A model generated the notes under the pieces. It did not search any database. It saw only the letters and a list, made by a program, of their open reading frames with translations, and was not told where the DNA came from. Below are positions 35,354 to 45,190 of a stretch of 50,390 bases of DNA, one piece after another (the first letter of the stretch is position 1; the number at the start of each line of letters is the position of its first letter). Source of the DNA: a virus (lineage: Duplodnaviria > Caudoviricetes); IMG/VR virus record IMGVR_UViG_3300032318_000833, positions 1 through 50,390 of that record; one strand, 5' to 3'. Position numbers and translations under genes: made by a program.

Positions 35354-35763
35354 GTTCGATTGTCCATTTGCCCGACAACAAAATCGCTACCCTCATCTTC
35401 AAGGTCACGCTTATCTGTGGGCAGCAACACGTTATCGTTGATCACTGGGGCTGCAGGATTACGACGGAACTGCTCTTGACGTAGATACTTGAGCAACGCT
35501 TCCCATTGAGCAACCCGCGCTCCTGACTTAATAGTAAGGGATAGGTCAGCAACCTTCTTCGATTCGTCAACAGCGCGTGACGCTTGAGCAATCAAAGTGG
35601 TAACGCAAGAGATAGCGGCAAGGTAAGGGTCGGTGTAAACACCCAGCAAGTAGTTAATTTCCTCATTGCTAAGTAGTTGATCTGCAGCGTCGGTGTCTTG
35701 GATGAGGAAACGCACTTCATCTAGTTTGGAGGCACCGGGATTGCCGGAGTAAGTGAATGTCAT
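35350..35763 (-). CDS. head-tail connector
   Basis: LDEVRFLIQDTD...LLSNEEINYLL; follows capsid gene. Confidence 0.75.
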   Translation of the reverse strand: MTFTYSGNPGASKLDEVRFLIQDTDAADQLLSNEEINYLLGVYTDPYLAAISCVTTLIAQASRAVDESKKVADLSLTIKSGARVAQWEALLKYLRQEQFRRNPAAPVINDNVLLPTDKRDLEDEGSDFVVGQMDNRT

Positions 35764-35796
35764 TTTTACCTCCCGCGTAAAGTCTACTAGTCAATA

Positions 35797-35840
35797 CGCC
35801 AAGCGGGGCCACCCTTTGTGAGAGTGACCCCGCCTGCGCT
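35797..35840 (-). terminator. hairpin after major capsid gene
   Basis: GGCGGGGTCACTCT-CACAA-AGGGTGGCCCCGCTT stem; weak U-tail. Confidence 0.5.
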
Positions 35841-35861
35841 ATTTAGTTATGTGTTACTGGA

Positions 35862-36839
35862 TCAACCAACGATGGTGTTCCAGAAGTAGCCAAGATCGGA
35901 AGCAACAACCTTGTTGTCGAACGCGATCTGCGACTCAATGCGGGTCGCGCGAAGCGACTCAAGACGGAACGAGGACGTACCAATGGTCGCGCCCATCCCG
36001 TCGCTAACGCCAGTCCACGCGAACGTGTAGCCAGCGGAAGGGGTGAGGAGGCCGGGGCTAGGAGCAACGTGCGCGAGCAGCGCCGTCTTGCCCGTGGTGA
36101 ACGAGTAAGCGCCAGCAGCGCCCTCATTGTTCGTCGCCTTGACCGACTTTGACACAAGCACGCGCTCAATGTCGAACATGCGAGCGAGCATATCCTCAGT
36201 GATCGTCTGGCTGCTGGTGTACTTGATGCGATCAACCAGATCGGGGTGGTTCTTGAGCGAACGGAAAACGTCGTAGCCAAGAACAAGCGTGTTTGCCTCA
36301 AACCCGGTCTTAGACAGGATGCCAGCCTTGCCAGCCTCAATGTCCTCAATCGGATCGGAGTTGGTGTAGTCATCCCACTGGATGGTCTGGCCCGTGGTGG
36401 GCGACGCGGAAACGCCAGTAACGTCCTGCGACCAAACGCCCGTCGTGAGGAAGTCGCTAACAAACTGGTTCTCGCGACGAAGAAGCAGACGATGGGTCAC
36501 AAACTCCGTGGCCTCGCGGTCCACATTGATCGGAGCGTCAGCGTTAGCGCGGGTCTGATCGCCAATGTCCTTGTGAATCGCGTACACATCGGCGTAGTAG
36601 GTCGCGGTCGAAATGTTGTAACCGCTACCAACCGACTCAGTACCGTCAGCGCGAACCTGGGCCTCGTCACGCAGCCAGTCATTCTTGTCGTACACAAAGT
36701 ACTTGTCGCTCTGCTTGTCCACCGGGACAACCGGGAAAACCTTATCCGCAATGAAGTTCTCTGCACGCTGCAGATAAGCAACCGAGATATTGGTCAGGAT
36801 TGCATCAACATGCACCTGACTTGACGTGGGCTGTGGCAT
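35862..36839 (-). CDS. major capsid protein
   Basis: VHVDAILTNISVAY...FIADKVFPVVPV, WDDYTNSDPIEDI; follows scaffold and decoration genes. Confidence 0.88.
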   Translation of the reverse strand: MPQPTSSQVHVDAILTNISVAYLQRAENFIADKVFPVVPVDKQSDKYFVYDKNDWLRDEAQVRADGTESVGSGYNISTATYYADVYAIHKDIGDQTRANADAPINVDREATEFVTHRLLLRRENQFVSDFLTTGVWSQDVTGVSASPTTGQTIQWDDYTNSDPIEDIEAGKAGILSKTGFEANTLVLGYDVFRSLKNHPDLVDRIKYTSSQTITEDMLARMFDIERVLVSKSVKATNNEGAAGAYSFTTGKTALLAHVAPSPGLLTPSAGYTFAWTGVSDGMGATIGTSSFRLESLRATRIESQIAFDNKVVASDLGYFWNTIVG

Positions 36840-36852
36840 TGTCTATCTCTCC

Positions 36853-37251
36853 TTAGAGTCCACGCGCAGCGTTAGCGCAGTCGATAACAGCGGTCGTAAT
36901 AGCCCCTGCAGCAGCGTTCTCAATGAACGTGCCAACAGAGTAGGCCGCTGACGCGGTAGTACCGAACGCAAGCGTTACGGCAGTAGCGGAAGCCGAAGCG
37001 AAGAGAGGCGTTCCGAACGACGCGGACCCACCAGCCTTAATCTTCGTGCCGCCAACAATCGTGACCTCAGCAGCCTGACCAGAGGTCGGCGTGTTCTGAA
37101 GGACACCAATCGGACGATCGGTAGCCGCGCTCACAGCAACAACATCACCATTGCCATTATTGATCTTCACGAAGTGGAACTGCTTCGTAGAAAGATCCTC
37201 GCCAGCGGTGAAGGTGTGCTTGACCGCATAAGTAGAGAACTCGTAAGCCAT
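36853..37251 (-). CDS. capsid decoration / cement protein
   Basis: AGEDLS..QFHFVK, PIGVLQNTP; lies between scaffold and capsid genes. Confidence 0.75.
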   Translation of the reverse strand: MAYEFSTYAVKHTFTAGEDLSTKQFHFVKINNGNGDVVAVSAATDRPIGVLQNTPTSGQAAEVTIVGGTKIKAGGSASFGTPLFASASATAVTLAFGTTASAAYSVGTFIENAAAGAITTAVIDCANAARGL

Positions 37252-37254
37252 TGG

Positions 37255-38094
37255 TTAGGCTCCCTTCTCGGTCAGGTACTCGTTGTAAAGTGCAGGGTTC
37301 TCAGTCGCAACAAGGGCCATAGCCTGCGCCTCCGTTGCTGCCTTACCCTCTGCCACCGCTGCCTTAGCGAGGGAAGTAATCTTTGCAATAGCGTCACCCG
37401 TGACAACGTAACCCTTGCCAACCTCGGTGAAGATATCCGCACTCTCGTTTTGCGCGTCAGCGGAAACAAGCGCTTCCTCAACTGACTTAGCAAGATCGGC
37501 GTCAATGAGCGAAAGGCGGCGAAGCGCGGGACCGATCTTCTCAGGCTCAAGCGCAAGATGCTTAAACATATCGCGAGCCTTAAGAATCGACTCCGAATCG
37601 GCACGATCGTCGCGCTCCTTAGCAAGCGCGTTCTCAGCCTCGGCCTTAGCCTTAGCAAGTTCCTCTAGCGCCTTACGAATTGGCTCTGGGGCTGACTTGG
37701 CAAGCGCGAGAACGTTGTCCTCCGCAGACTCCTCAACCTCGCCCATATCCGACTCGTCAGCATTCGACTCAAGTTCTGCAATGCGAGCCTGCAGTTCCTC
37801 AATACGAGCAAGTGCCATAGCAAGTTCCTCTTCGACCTGCTTAGCCTCAGGCTCGGTGTCGTATCCCTTGTCCTCGTCGGCGTTCTGCACGGGAGCGTCA
37901 GTCTCAACGGCCTCCGTAACGTCCTCCGGCATGCTCTCTCCTAACGGTTCGGGCAGAGCATTGAGAACGTCTGCCACATTTGCTGTATCAGATGCCTTAA
38001 TGACAAGCCAACCCTCGTGCAAATGCGCCGGATGATCGACGCCAGACGTTTCCTCAATGATGAGGTCAGTCATTTTTGGGGCTTTGCGTGCCAT
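37255..38094 (-). CDS. capsid scaffolding protein
   Basis: EETSGVDHPAH N-terminus, acidic coiled coil, NPALYNEY C-terminus. Confidence 0.7.
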   Translation of the reverse strand: MARKAPKMTDLIIEETSGVDHPAHLHEGWLVIKASDTANVADVLNALPEPLGESMPEDVTEAVETDAPVQNADEDKGYDTEPEAKQVEEELAMALARIEELQARIAELESNADESDMGEVEESAEDNVLALAKSAPEPIRKALEELAKAKAEAENALAKERDDRADSESILKARDMFKHLALEPEKIGPALRRLSLIDADLAKSVEEALVSADAQNESADIFTEVGKGYVVTGDAIAKITSLAKAAVAEGKAATEAQAMALVATENPALYNEYLTEKGA

Positions 38095-38152
38095 TGCACC
38101 TCCTACATTCCTTTAATCATACTATGAAAATAACCCACGAAAACATTACTTC

Positions 38153-38356
38153 CTAGTCCTCTAGGAAGATCGTCCCGCGAGTCGTAGTAGAAACAATCCT
38201 ATCCGCATCAAACACTACCGACGCGCTACTTTTAGGCGTCCCCAAACGCACCGCGATGTTGTCTTGATCCGAAACGGCAGTAACGCGAGCGTGGCGAATA
38301 CGCCCGTCGTCCATTTGCACAGGCAAATGCGTTCCAGAGCGAATAATCTTAGCCAT
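38153..38356 (-). CDS. small hypothetical protein
   Basis: TAATG coupling to protease gene. Confidence 0.55.
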   Translation of the reverse strand: MAKIIRSGTHLPVQMDDGRIRHARVTAVSDQDNIAVRLGTPKSSASVVFDADRIVSTTTRGTIFLED

Positions 38357-40026
38357 TACGCGTCCTCTTGGTTGATCTCAATGCCGTCACGTGACGCTTC
38401 TTCCGGCAAGTTTGCAAGCACCCTGTCAGAGAACCCGCCAATCGAATATCCACGCAACTCACCATTCACAATCTTTCGCCAAGGCTCCTCGTCCCAAATA
38501 ACGCCAAGGAAAACAGTGCCAGTCGGGTAAGTAACAGAGCCGACAGCATTTCCGCTACCGTCCATCATGTTTACCTTCCACGGCTGCGGCATTGTCATAA
38601 CCTCAACCCACTCGCCAGCGCGTACATCCCGATCATGCTGCAGATAGATCGTTCGATTACCGCTTTGCACCCACTTCCATACGGCTTGTTGCAACTCGTC
38701 CGCGTCAGTCCACTCCCCGTGCGCGTCCATAAAGTCCGGGACGTAAAGCGGCCCAAGAGTAAAACGCCTAGCAACCTCTTTACGCATGAAAGTCGGAGAC
38801 GAAGCCTTAAACGTTACCGTTTCTGTGGATTTGTTAATCAAGTTCTCTGGGATGATCCATAGTTTGCAAGCGGCGTTAGCCTCAACGGGGAGGTCAAGAA
38901 TCTCACAACCGCCGCCACCGTCGTAGAAAACACAGTTAGCGCAATTTATCCCTTTCTCCGCAAAAGGATTATCTTGCGCCGCCATGTAATGCGCCCCATT
39001 AGCGCCGTCGCTAGCATCCCAAGGACCGAAAACGTCAACAATCCACTCGTACGTTTCGTACATCATCTTTTGGCGAGGGTTGAGAGCAGACTCAGGGTCA
39101 TACTCTTTGTTCTCCTCTTGCCGATCAAGACGTTCCGCAATTGTTTCAGTCCAACTAACCGCAGGATCGCCGCCCCACGCGTCCCAAGCAACACGACCAG
39201 CGGACGGGAAGTCCTCATCCCCAGCGTTCCAACCAGGCTTATTGCGGTTCACGCCATGCCGAGCAAGGAATGAGCGCATACGACGAATAGTGCGCTCGCT
39301 AACGTTATCGCCGCGTGCTAGTTGAGAAGCCCTAGCGCGACCAACGTCGGTGAAGTTCGCGCCAGCAAGACCCTCACCGATCCATTCAAGTGCGCGTTGC
39401 GCTGCCTCTTGAACGCCCTTTGGCGGCTTAAACGATTCCTCTTTAGACAGAGGCTCAATACGGGTAAGCGTGGACATCTTATGCCCGACTAGAGTTTCGG
39501 TAGCAGCCCAACCATCGGCAGTATTACGCCAAATGCGAATGAGAACAGCGGGATTGTCCGGCTCTGCGTTGATCGAAAACTCTGAGTCGGGAACGCCAAG
39601 CACTCCCTCATACATCACATGCTCTACTTGCCCTCTAGCCCTACCGCCGCTGGAGTTCCATGACACAAACGATCCCTCACGGATAGCCTCACGAAACGTG
39701 TGGATTTGGCGTAGACGTTCCTCCGCTTCCTCCATCGTGTCGTAACAACCAAAAGCGCGATCACCGTCTTCAGAGTAAACGCAGTATTGTCCTGCTTCTT
39801 GAAGAATAACCTTACTCACGTAATCGACCGGGATTTGTACGATCTTGCCATTACGCGCAACGATGATGTAACCGTCACCCATAACGGCAGCGGTACGCTC
39901 GGGTGCAGGCAAACCCCTAAGTTCGGCAAGACGATACGCTGCAAGAACGCCAGTAACGTCGTCGCGCTCTGCGACCATGCGCAGTTGATCGTCGGTAAGA
40001 GCGTTGATGCGCTCAAGCAAGTCCAT
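38356..40026 (-). CDS. multidomain prohead protease (C-terminal XkdF-like domain)
   Basis: C-terminal RFTLGPLYVPD..DAHGEW, LQHD, GTVFLGV, GELRGYSIGG; several N-terminal accessory modules. Confidence 0.8.
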   Translation of the reverse strand: MDLLERINALTDDQLRMVAERDDVTGVLAAYRLAELRGLPAPERTAAVMGDGYIIVARNGKIVQIPVDYVSKVILQEAGQYCVYSEDGDRAFGCYDTMEEAEERLRQIHTFREAIREGSFVSWNSSGGRARGQVEHVMYEGVLGVPDSEFSINAEPDNPAVLIRIWRNTADGWAATETLVGHKMSTLTRIEPLSKEESFKPPKGVQEAAQRALEWIGEGLAGANFTDVGRARASQLARGDNVSERTIRRMRSFLARHGVNRNKPGWNAGDEDFPSAGRVAWDAWGGDPAVSWTETIAERLDRQEENKEYDPESALNPRQKMMYETYEWIVDVFGPWDASDGANGAHYMAAQDNPFAEKGINCANCVFYDGGGGCEILDLPVEANAACKLWIIPENLINKSTETVTFKASSPTFMRKEVARRFTLGPLYVPDFMDAHGEWTDADELQQAVWKWVQSGNRTIYLQHDRDVRAGEWVEVMTMPQPWKVNMMDGSGNAVGSVTYPTGTVFLGVIWDEEPWRKIVNGELRGYSIGGFSDRVLANLPEEASRDGIEINQEDA

Positions 40027-40037
40027 AACTCCCCATT

Positions 40038-40985
40038 CTACTCATTAAGTAGTTCCGCTAACGCGGCATCAAGTTCCTCATCCGTCATCGCGCTAATGTC
40101 ATCGGGGATTTCATCAACCAACAACAAGTCGCAACGGCAATTTGGGTGTGCTGGTGGTTCGTCAATCGGGAACGGCTCATTCAACGGGACACTAACGCCG
40201 CTCATTGGCTCACAAATATCGCAAGCGTCATCCTCTGCGATCCATTCCTTCTTAGCGTTAGGGCCAATCCAACCTCCTTCAACCCCTTGCGCCCAAGCCT
40301 CACGACGACCCTCACTATTGGCACGCATAATCTCCGTGCGCGCGATCGTCTTAGCGCGATAACGCACTACTTGGTCTTGGTATCTATCCGCTGCCGCACT
40401 AGCCCTATCCCACGCTTCACGATACGAGTAGCCAGCGTTGATTTTTTCATTAAACGCGCGCTCGTAAAAGTTGTTGACCCAATCCGATTGTTGACTAGTA
40501 AGCCCAATACCGTTACGAATCTCTCGCGCTACATCCCTAGGAGATAACTCTGTCAATTGCGCACGCGCTACAAGATCACGAACCATCTCACGTTGCGAAT
40601 TAGTAATGTCACGGATCAACGATCCCGCTTCGTTACGCGCCCAATTCGCTGCTTCCTCACGCGTCCTATCAAAAGAGAAACTCAACTTCGCTTTTTGAAT
40701 AGGTTGCAATTTCACGCGAGACCCGGCATCAAGCAACTCCGCAAGCAACTCTCGCTCTATCGCTTTTTGCGCGTCATACCAAGGATCGACAGGCATCATG
40801 TTCACCACGAAATCAACGGGACGATGAGCCACAGCATCAGTAAGCCTGTCACGCATACGCGTAACGTCACGCCTTACCTCTTGCATTGCCTTATCCACGA
40901 TGCGAATGATCCGACGCTCGCTCTCCGTTACCTTGCCTTGAGGTTGCAGCGCTGGGCTTTTACGGCGCGCCTTAAACCTAAGCAT
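40038..40985 (-). CDS. MuF/SPP1 gp7-like head morphogenesis protein
   Basis: RAKTIARTE, KEW, CDIC, PPAHPNCRC. Confidence 0.88.
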   Translation of the reverse strand: MLRFKARRKSPALQPQGKVTESERRIIRIVDKAMQEVRRDVTRMRDRLTDAVAHRPVDFVVNMMPVDPWYDAQKAIERELLAELLDAGSRVKLQPIQKAKLSFSFDRTREEAANWARNEAGSLIRDITNSQREMVRDLVARAQLTELSPRDVAREIRNGIGLTSQQSDWVNNFYERAFNEKINAGYSYREAWDRASAAADRYQDQVVRYRAKTIARTEIMRANSEGRREAWAQGVEGGWIGPNAKKEWIAEDDACDICEPMSGVSVPLNEPFPIDEPPAHPNCRCDLLLVDEIPDDISAMTDEELDAALAELLNE

Positions 40986-42250
40986 TACACCAACGGTTCG
41001 CTGTCAGGTAGATCGCCAAGCGAACGCAAGTGGCCTTCCAACTGAGGGTCGGGCATGATCGCGCCAACCCCAACCAACTTGCTCACGTAATCCGCAACCT
41101 CACCAAGTTCCACACTACTCACCTGCCCGTATGTGAGTTGCGGCATCTTATCCATCCGCATCGCGTTAAGTTTCAACAAGCGCGGAATTGCGTACTGGTT
41201 CACGACCTCCGCGATTGTCTTAGCGATTGAATCGACAGCGAGAGTCCAAAGGTCAACCTTCGCGGTACCAAGAGCAAACGAGCCGACCCTATCGCTACCT
41301 AGCAGTAGGAAGTCCGACAACAAAGACATAGCAATACGCTGATCGTAACGTTGGATAACGGCCCCAGTATCGAACTGCCTCGCGCCGGATGCAGATAGCA
41401 ATTGAAGATCGAAAATGCGATTGTTGTTCTCGTCATATGCCGCAGGAAAAATGATGCCCTCTTGCTCGTTCCTCTTCACGTTCTGCACGATGCTCGTTAT
41501 TGCTTGCAGAACTGCCTTTTGTTGCGGGGTGGCGGTGTTCGACAGGTACTCAGGTGGCACATACGCCATTGGCAAGCCTGCGAGGTCCCGCTCAATGCCA
41601 ATAGCCTCAATCTCCTCAATGCGCCGCTTGTAGAACCAAGGACGATAAGCGTTACGGAGTAGTGAATATCCCTCAGGGTTGTTCCGATTCGTAGTCGTCC
41701 TAAACAGTAATGCTTTCTCAATTGGGATGCGATGCAACCCGCCAACAGCGGGATCAATCTGGATCATCCCCTGGATGCCACCACGCTCATCAAGCATCCA
41801 CTCTTGCAACGTCTCCTGCGCACGCACAGGCCACTTACGCCAACCAATGCGATTGTCCATGAAACGAGACGAAGTACGAGAGTCCTCAGTAGGGCCACGG
41901 CGAATCTTGTAAACAACCTCGTGGAAAGACCAACCGTACACAAGCATCGACAAAATGTTTTGCAACGTGGCATCCCACGAATCGCTCATATCGTCAAGGC
42001 ACTCTTGAACGAACGTCGTAGTGCGCTCGTCCTCCCCCTCAACCTTCCACTCTAGGCGAGTGATGACCTTGTCGATCGCGTAAAGCATCGCGCCAATAAC
42101 GGGATCGTTGTCCCGCATCTCACGATAGACCTTAAAGCCTTTAACGCCTTGAAGGTTAGGGAGGAACTCCTCATTGATTGTGCCACCCGAACGGCGCAGA
42201 CCACTAGAGCCGATCTCTAGGAAAGCAGAACTGCGGTCATCTTCGTGCAT
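40985..42250 (-). CDS. portal protein
   Basis: YREMRDNDPVIGAML, NPEGYSLLRNAY, IGIERDLAG, GSFAL (DUF935/Mu gp29-like). Confidence 0.88.
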   Translation of the reverse strand: MHEDDRSSAFLEIGSSGLRRSGGTINEEFLPNLQGVKGFKVYREMRDNDPVIGAMLYAIDKVITRLEWKVEGEDERTTTFVQECLDDMSDSWDATLQNILSMLVYGWSFHEVVYKIRRGPTEDSRTSSRFMDNRIGWRKWPVRAQETLQEWMLDERGGIQGMIQIDPAVGGLHRIPIEKALLFRTTTNRNNPEGYSLLRNAYRPWFYKRRIEEIEAIGIERDLAGLPMAYVPPEYLSNTATPQQKAVLQAITSIVQNVKRNEQEGIIFPAAYDENNNRIFDLQLLSASGARQFDTGAVIQRYDQRIAMSLLSDFLLLGSDRVGSFALGTAKVDLWTLAVDSIAKTIAEVVNQYAIPRLLKLNAMRMDKMPQLTYGQVSSVELGEVADYVSKLVGVGAIMPDPQLEGHLRSLGDLPDSEPLV

Positions 42251-42368
42251 CAGCCTGCATCCTTTGTCCGGTTAGGTAAATTGCTTGAGCCTCCGTGAAC
42301 CCTGCCTGCTGCAACGCGCTATACAACTCATGCACCGTTATCGCGTACACGGCGAGCGGGGTCATCAC
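42237..42368 (-). CDS. small protein upstream of portal (43 aa)
   Basis: MMTPLAVYAITVHELYSALQQAGFTEAQAIYL...; leaderless TAGAAT-6 nt-GTG. Confidence 0.6.
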   Translation of the reverse strand: MMTPLAVYAITVHELYSALQQAGFTEAQAIYLTGQRMQADARR

Positions 42369-42652
42369 GCCATTATTCTATCGCCACCATCGCCCCTGTA
42401 AAGCAAATTGATATTCCTACCGTTCAACCAAACCTTGCCGCCACACACGCCCTCAAAGAAAGACTTCTTCGGGTTCACAAATTGCTCGCACTCTTTCTTC
42501 ACATCGCACTTCCGGCAATAGTCCAGCGCGTATCTAGCGAGCACCCCACCAGTTGCATCGAATAACGATGGGTCAGCTTCTATACACGCCGCGCCTCGCA
42601 TAAGCACGGGCAAAAGGTTTCTCGCGGGTGGCTCAATCTTGCGACCTACCAT
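42365..42652 (-). CDS. WhiB-family transcription factor
   Basis: AAC...DPSLF...CRKCDVKKEC...GVCGG (four Cys plus a G[VI]WGG-like turn). Confidence 0.8.
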   Translation of the reverse strand: MVGRKIEPPARNLLPVLMRGAACIEADPSLFDATGGVLARYALDYCRKCDVKKECEQFVNPKKSFFEGVCGGKVWLNGRNINLLYRGDGGDRIMA

Positions 42653-42851
42653 GTGACCCCTCTCAGTCGCGACGAGTGTTCCACCTACTGCATCAAAGCG
42701 GACGCTGACACGCCGGGGATACGCAAATGCTGCTCCACAAGGAAATGCACTAACGCTCTCTCAATAATGTCCGATGCTTCTTGCAATTGTGGGTTGCTCA
42801 ACTCGCTCACACGCGCAACATAACCGTCCAAGCAAGCGGAAAGTTCCGCAA

Positions 42852-43112
42852 TCACAAGTCCTCATCCTCATCCTCAAGGTCTTCCTCATCGACATAGTTC
42901 ATCTCATAAGGAGCAGCCTCAAGCATCCCGTTAATCTTCCAATACGGCATGTTAGTGGCAGCGAAAGCGGCAAGGTCTTGCGTGCCCTCAGTATCAACAA
43001 ACTCCGCGACAACAACCCAACCAGTAACAATAGCCGGGTTCTCGTAAGTCTCACGCAAATACTCAAGAATGGCGGCGTTGACTACGTCCTCACCAGAAAT
43101 GGAGTCAGCCAT
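42852..43112 (-). CDS. hypothetical acidic protein
   Basis: RBS GGAGG; IVTGWVVVAEF...PYWKINGML. Confidence 0.65.
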   Translation of the reverse strand: MADSISGEDVVNAAILEYLRETYENPAIVTGWVVVAEFVDTEGTQDLAAFAATNMPYWKINGMLEAAPYEMNYVDEEDLEDEDEDL

Positions 43113-43300
43113 ATTGCCTCCAATGCGCTCAGCCCAATTGTACGGCTTGCGCTTGTTACTACGGTTCCCCTTCATAGCAAGTGTCCCTGCTCGATAACGC
43201 TAGACATTGGGGTCCCTTTTTTTATGTGTCTCAGTTGTCACGGGTGGTGAGGGAGGAGAGGAGGGGCGCCAATCCTCCCCCACCCGTAGGGAACGCGCGC

Positions 43301-43549
43301 TCAACCTACGTTTCTGAGGGTGCTGCACTCTTTACGCCTATGCCTGCGTAGGGTGGCGATTGAGATTGATGCACCGTATTCTTCTAGCGCGCGCACGATC
43401 ATTGTTGCTGTAACACGAGCGTTATCTAATGCTTCGTTGAGTGCGTTAACATCCTCTTTGTTAAGTGATGGGATGAGTTCGCATACCTGGCAATATGGAC
43501 CGCCGTGCCTAGGGGCTTGCGAGGATAGTGCTTCGGCAAGGCTAGGCAT
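43301..43549 (-). CDS. small Zn-binding/HTH hypothetical protein
   Basis: CQVC...TLRRHRRKEC. Confidence 0.65.
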   Translation of the reverse strand: MPSLAEALSSQAPRHGGPYCQVCELIPSLNKEDVNALNEALDNARVTATMIVRALEEYGASISIATLRRHRRKECSTLRNVG

Positions 43550-44309
43550 CCGTCTTCCCGAATACCCGTCGCAGCCTCTGTGATAGCCGTGGGCGCGTGT
43601 TCATCGCAGCCTCGGTATCTACCGCCTTCTGGTCAGGAGCGGCAGCGAGAGCAGCCATGATCCTCTTTACCCTGCGACGCTCGTCGGCAAGATCAAGGCC
43701 GTCAATGTCATTCTTCCTGCCATACGTTACGAACTTGCCGTTGCCGTCAATGAGCCCATTCGTCCAGTCAAGATGCCGGAGCAACCCAGGCTTAGGGGTA
43801 AGGCCATACTTGAGCATGATCGCAGCCGTACCGCGACGCAGGCTATTCAACTGCGCTTGCTTCTTTGCTCCTGTCCAACGCTCACCGTAGGTGTGATCGG
43901 TTTCAATCCCTAGGCTTACTGCATTCATCCCATCAACAGGAACACCCCAAGTGTTACCGCGCTTGGCGGGGTCGTTACCGCCAGTACCCGCATGGTTGGA
44001 CAACCCGGCGGCGATCAAATGCCAAGTGCCGGAGGCATGTTTCTCGTTGCAGCCGGAGCAAACCCAAATCGCGCCTGCGGGAGCAATCTCCATGTATTTC
44101 ATCCACTCCAACGCTCCCGGCGAATCCCCGCTCGGAGAGGCGTCGTGATGCCAGAGAATGAACTTGAAGTCACGGTATCCCTGCCCATTAAAGCCGACAG
44201 TCTTCCAAGTGCGACCCGCATAAGGGCCACGATTGTAACTCTCTTGGATTACTGGAACATCAGCCGCCTTGAGAATCTTGGCGAGGTCTTTTAGCCACAC
44301 GCTTGACAT
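43542..44309 (-). CDS. endolysin, N-acetylmuramoyl-L-alanine amidase
   Basis: LWHHDA, NHAG, SLGIE, RHLDWT, RKND amidase-2 motifs; next to holin genes. Confidence 0.82.
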   Translation of the reverse strand: MSSVWLKDLAKILKAADVPVIQESYNRGPYAGRTWKTVGFNGQGYRDFKFILWHHDASPSGDSPGALEWMKYMEIAPAGAIWVCSGCNEKHASGTWHLIAAGLSNHAGTGGNDPAKRGNTWGVPVDGMNAVSLGIETDHTYGERWTGAKKQAQLNSLRRGTAAIMLKYGLTPKPGLLRHLDWTNGLIDGNGKFVTYGRKNDIDGLDLADERRRVKRIMAALAAAPDQKAVDTEAAMNTRPRLSQRLRRVFGKTDA

Positions 44310-44610
44310 TGCTTGTCCCCTCCTTCAACACACTTTGGATAACAACTTCCAGCGCATCTAGTTTCCCTTGCATCGTGCGCTGCTCAAACTCAATCCGATT
44401 GATCTTATCGGTGAGGCTACTGCCGCCATTAGGGAACAATTGGTGTTCGACACGCGACAACCGATCGCTAATAGTTCTACCCTCGCTGTCCACGCCTAGA
44501 GCGTCATCAATCCTGCGAGCAATCTTGTAAACCCTAAAAGTAAAAACGGAGATTGTCGTTATTGCCAGAAAGAGCGCCGCAACGCCAACGATTTGCTCGG
44601 GAATATTCAT
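44260..44610 (-). CDS. membrane protein in lysis cassette
   Basis: N-terminal hydrophobic helix; PNGGSSLTDKINRIE. Confidence 0.7.
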   Translation of the reverse strand: MNIPEQIVGVAALFLAITTISVFTFRVYKIARRIDDALGVDSEGRTISDRLSRVEHQLFPNGGSSLTDKINRIEFEQRTMQGKLDALEVVIQSVLKEGTSNVKRVAKRPRQDSQGG

Positions 44611-44635
44611 AACACTCTCCGTTATTAAGTTGTGC

Positions 44636-44860
44636 TTACTCTGGCTTCACAAGGCTAGCGGTTCCATTCTTGCGAATCTCCGCAGTAACAATTGACGAAG
44701 CGTAGGAAAGTATTACTGCGCCTAGCGCAACCCCAAGAACCTTTGCCCAATCAACAGCAAAAGCATCCAATGCGCCAGCGACACCAAGGGCAAGTATTAC
44801 CTGGGCAAAAGTTTTGATAGCACGCTCTGTCGCATCCAACCAAAAAACTTTAGACCACAT
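44636..44860 (-). CDS. holin (r1t-like)
   Basis: FWLDATERAIKTFAQ signature; two hydrophobic segments. Confidence 0.85.
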   Translation of the reverse strand: MWSKVFWLDATERAIKTFAQVILALGVAGALDAFAVDWAKVLGVALGAVILSYASSIVTAEIRKNGTASLVKPE

Positions 44861-45134
44861 TGCTTTCCTCCATGTATTCGCTAGCGTCCAAAGAATCACT
44901 ACTAGTTGTAACAGTTACTCGTTGCGGGAAAAGCCTTGCATCCTCATACGCTGCGCCACCGATGTATGCGGCGACTACCGCGCCGATAAGACCAAACCCC
45001 GAAAGCGCTAATGTTTGAGCGAGGCTAGTGTCATCCCATCGAATTGCAACATAGATGATGATTGCTGCCCCGAAAATCATTGAGCCGAAAACTGCGCGAC
45101 GCCTCAACTTCCACGACGGTTTCGTTGTTGCCAT
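44850..45134 (-). CDS. two-TM membrane protein (holin-like)
   Basis: WKLRRRAVF, two hydrophobic helices, YIGGAAYED. Confidence 0.7.
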   Translation of the reverse strand: MATTKPSWKLRRRAVFGSMIFGAAIIIYVAIRWDDTSLAQTLALSGFGLIGAVVAAYIGGAAYEDARLFPQRVTVTTSSDSLDASEYMEESNVV

Positions 45135-45190
45135 TTGCACCCCATGCGTGTCGTATGAGCATTCACTCGGCTTCCCATAGGATACAGGAC

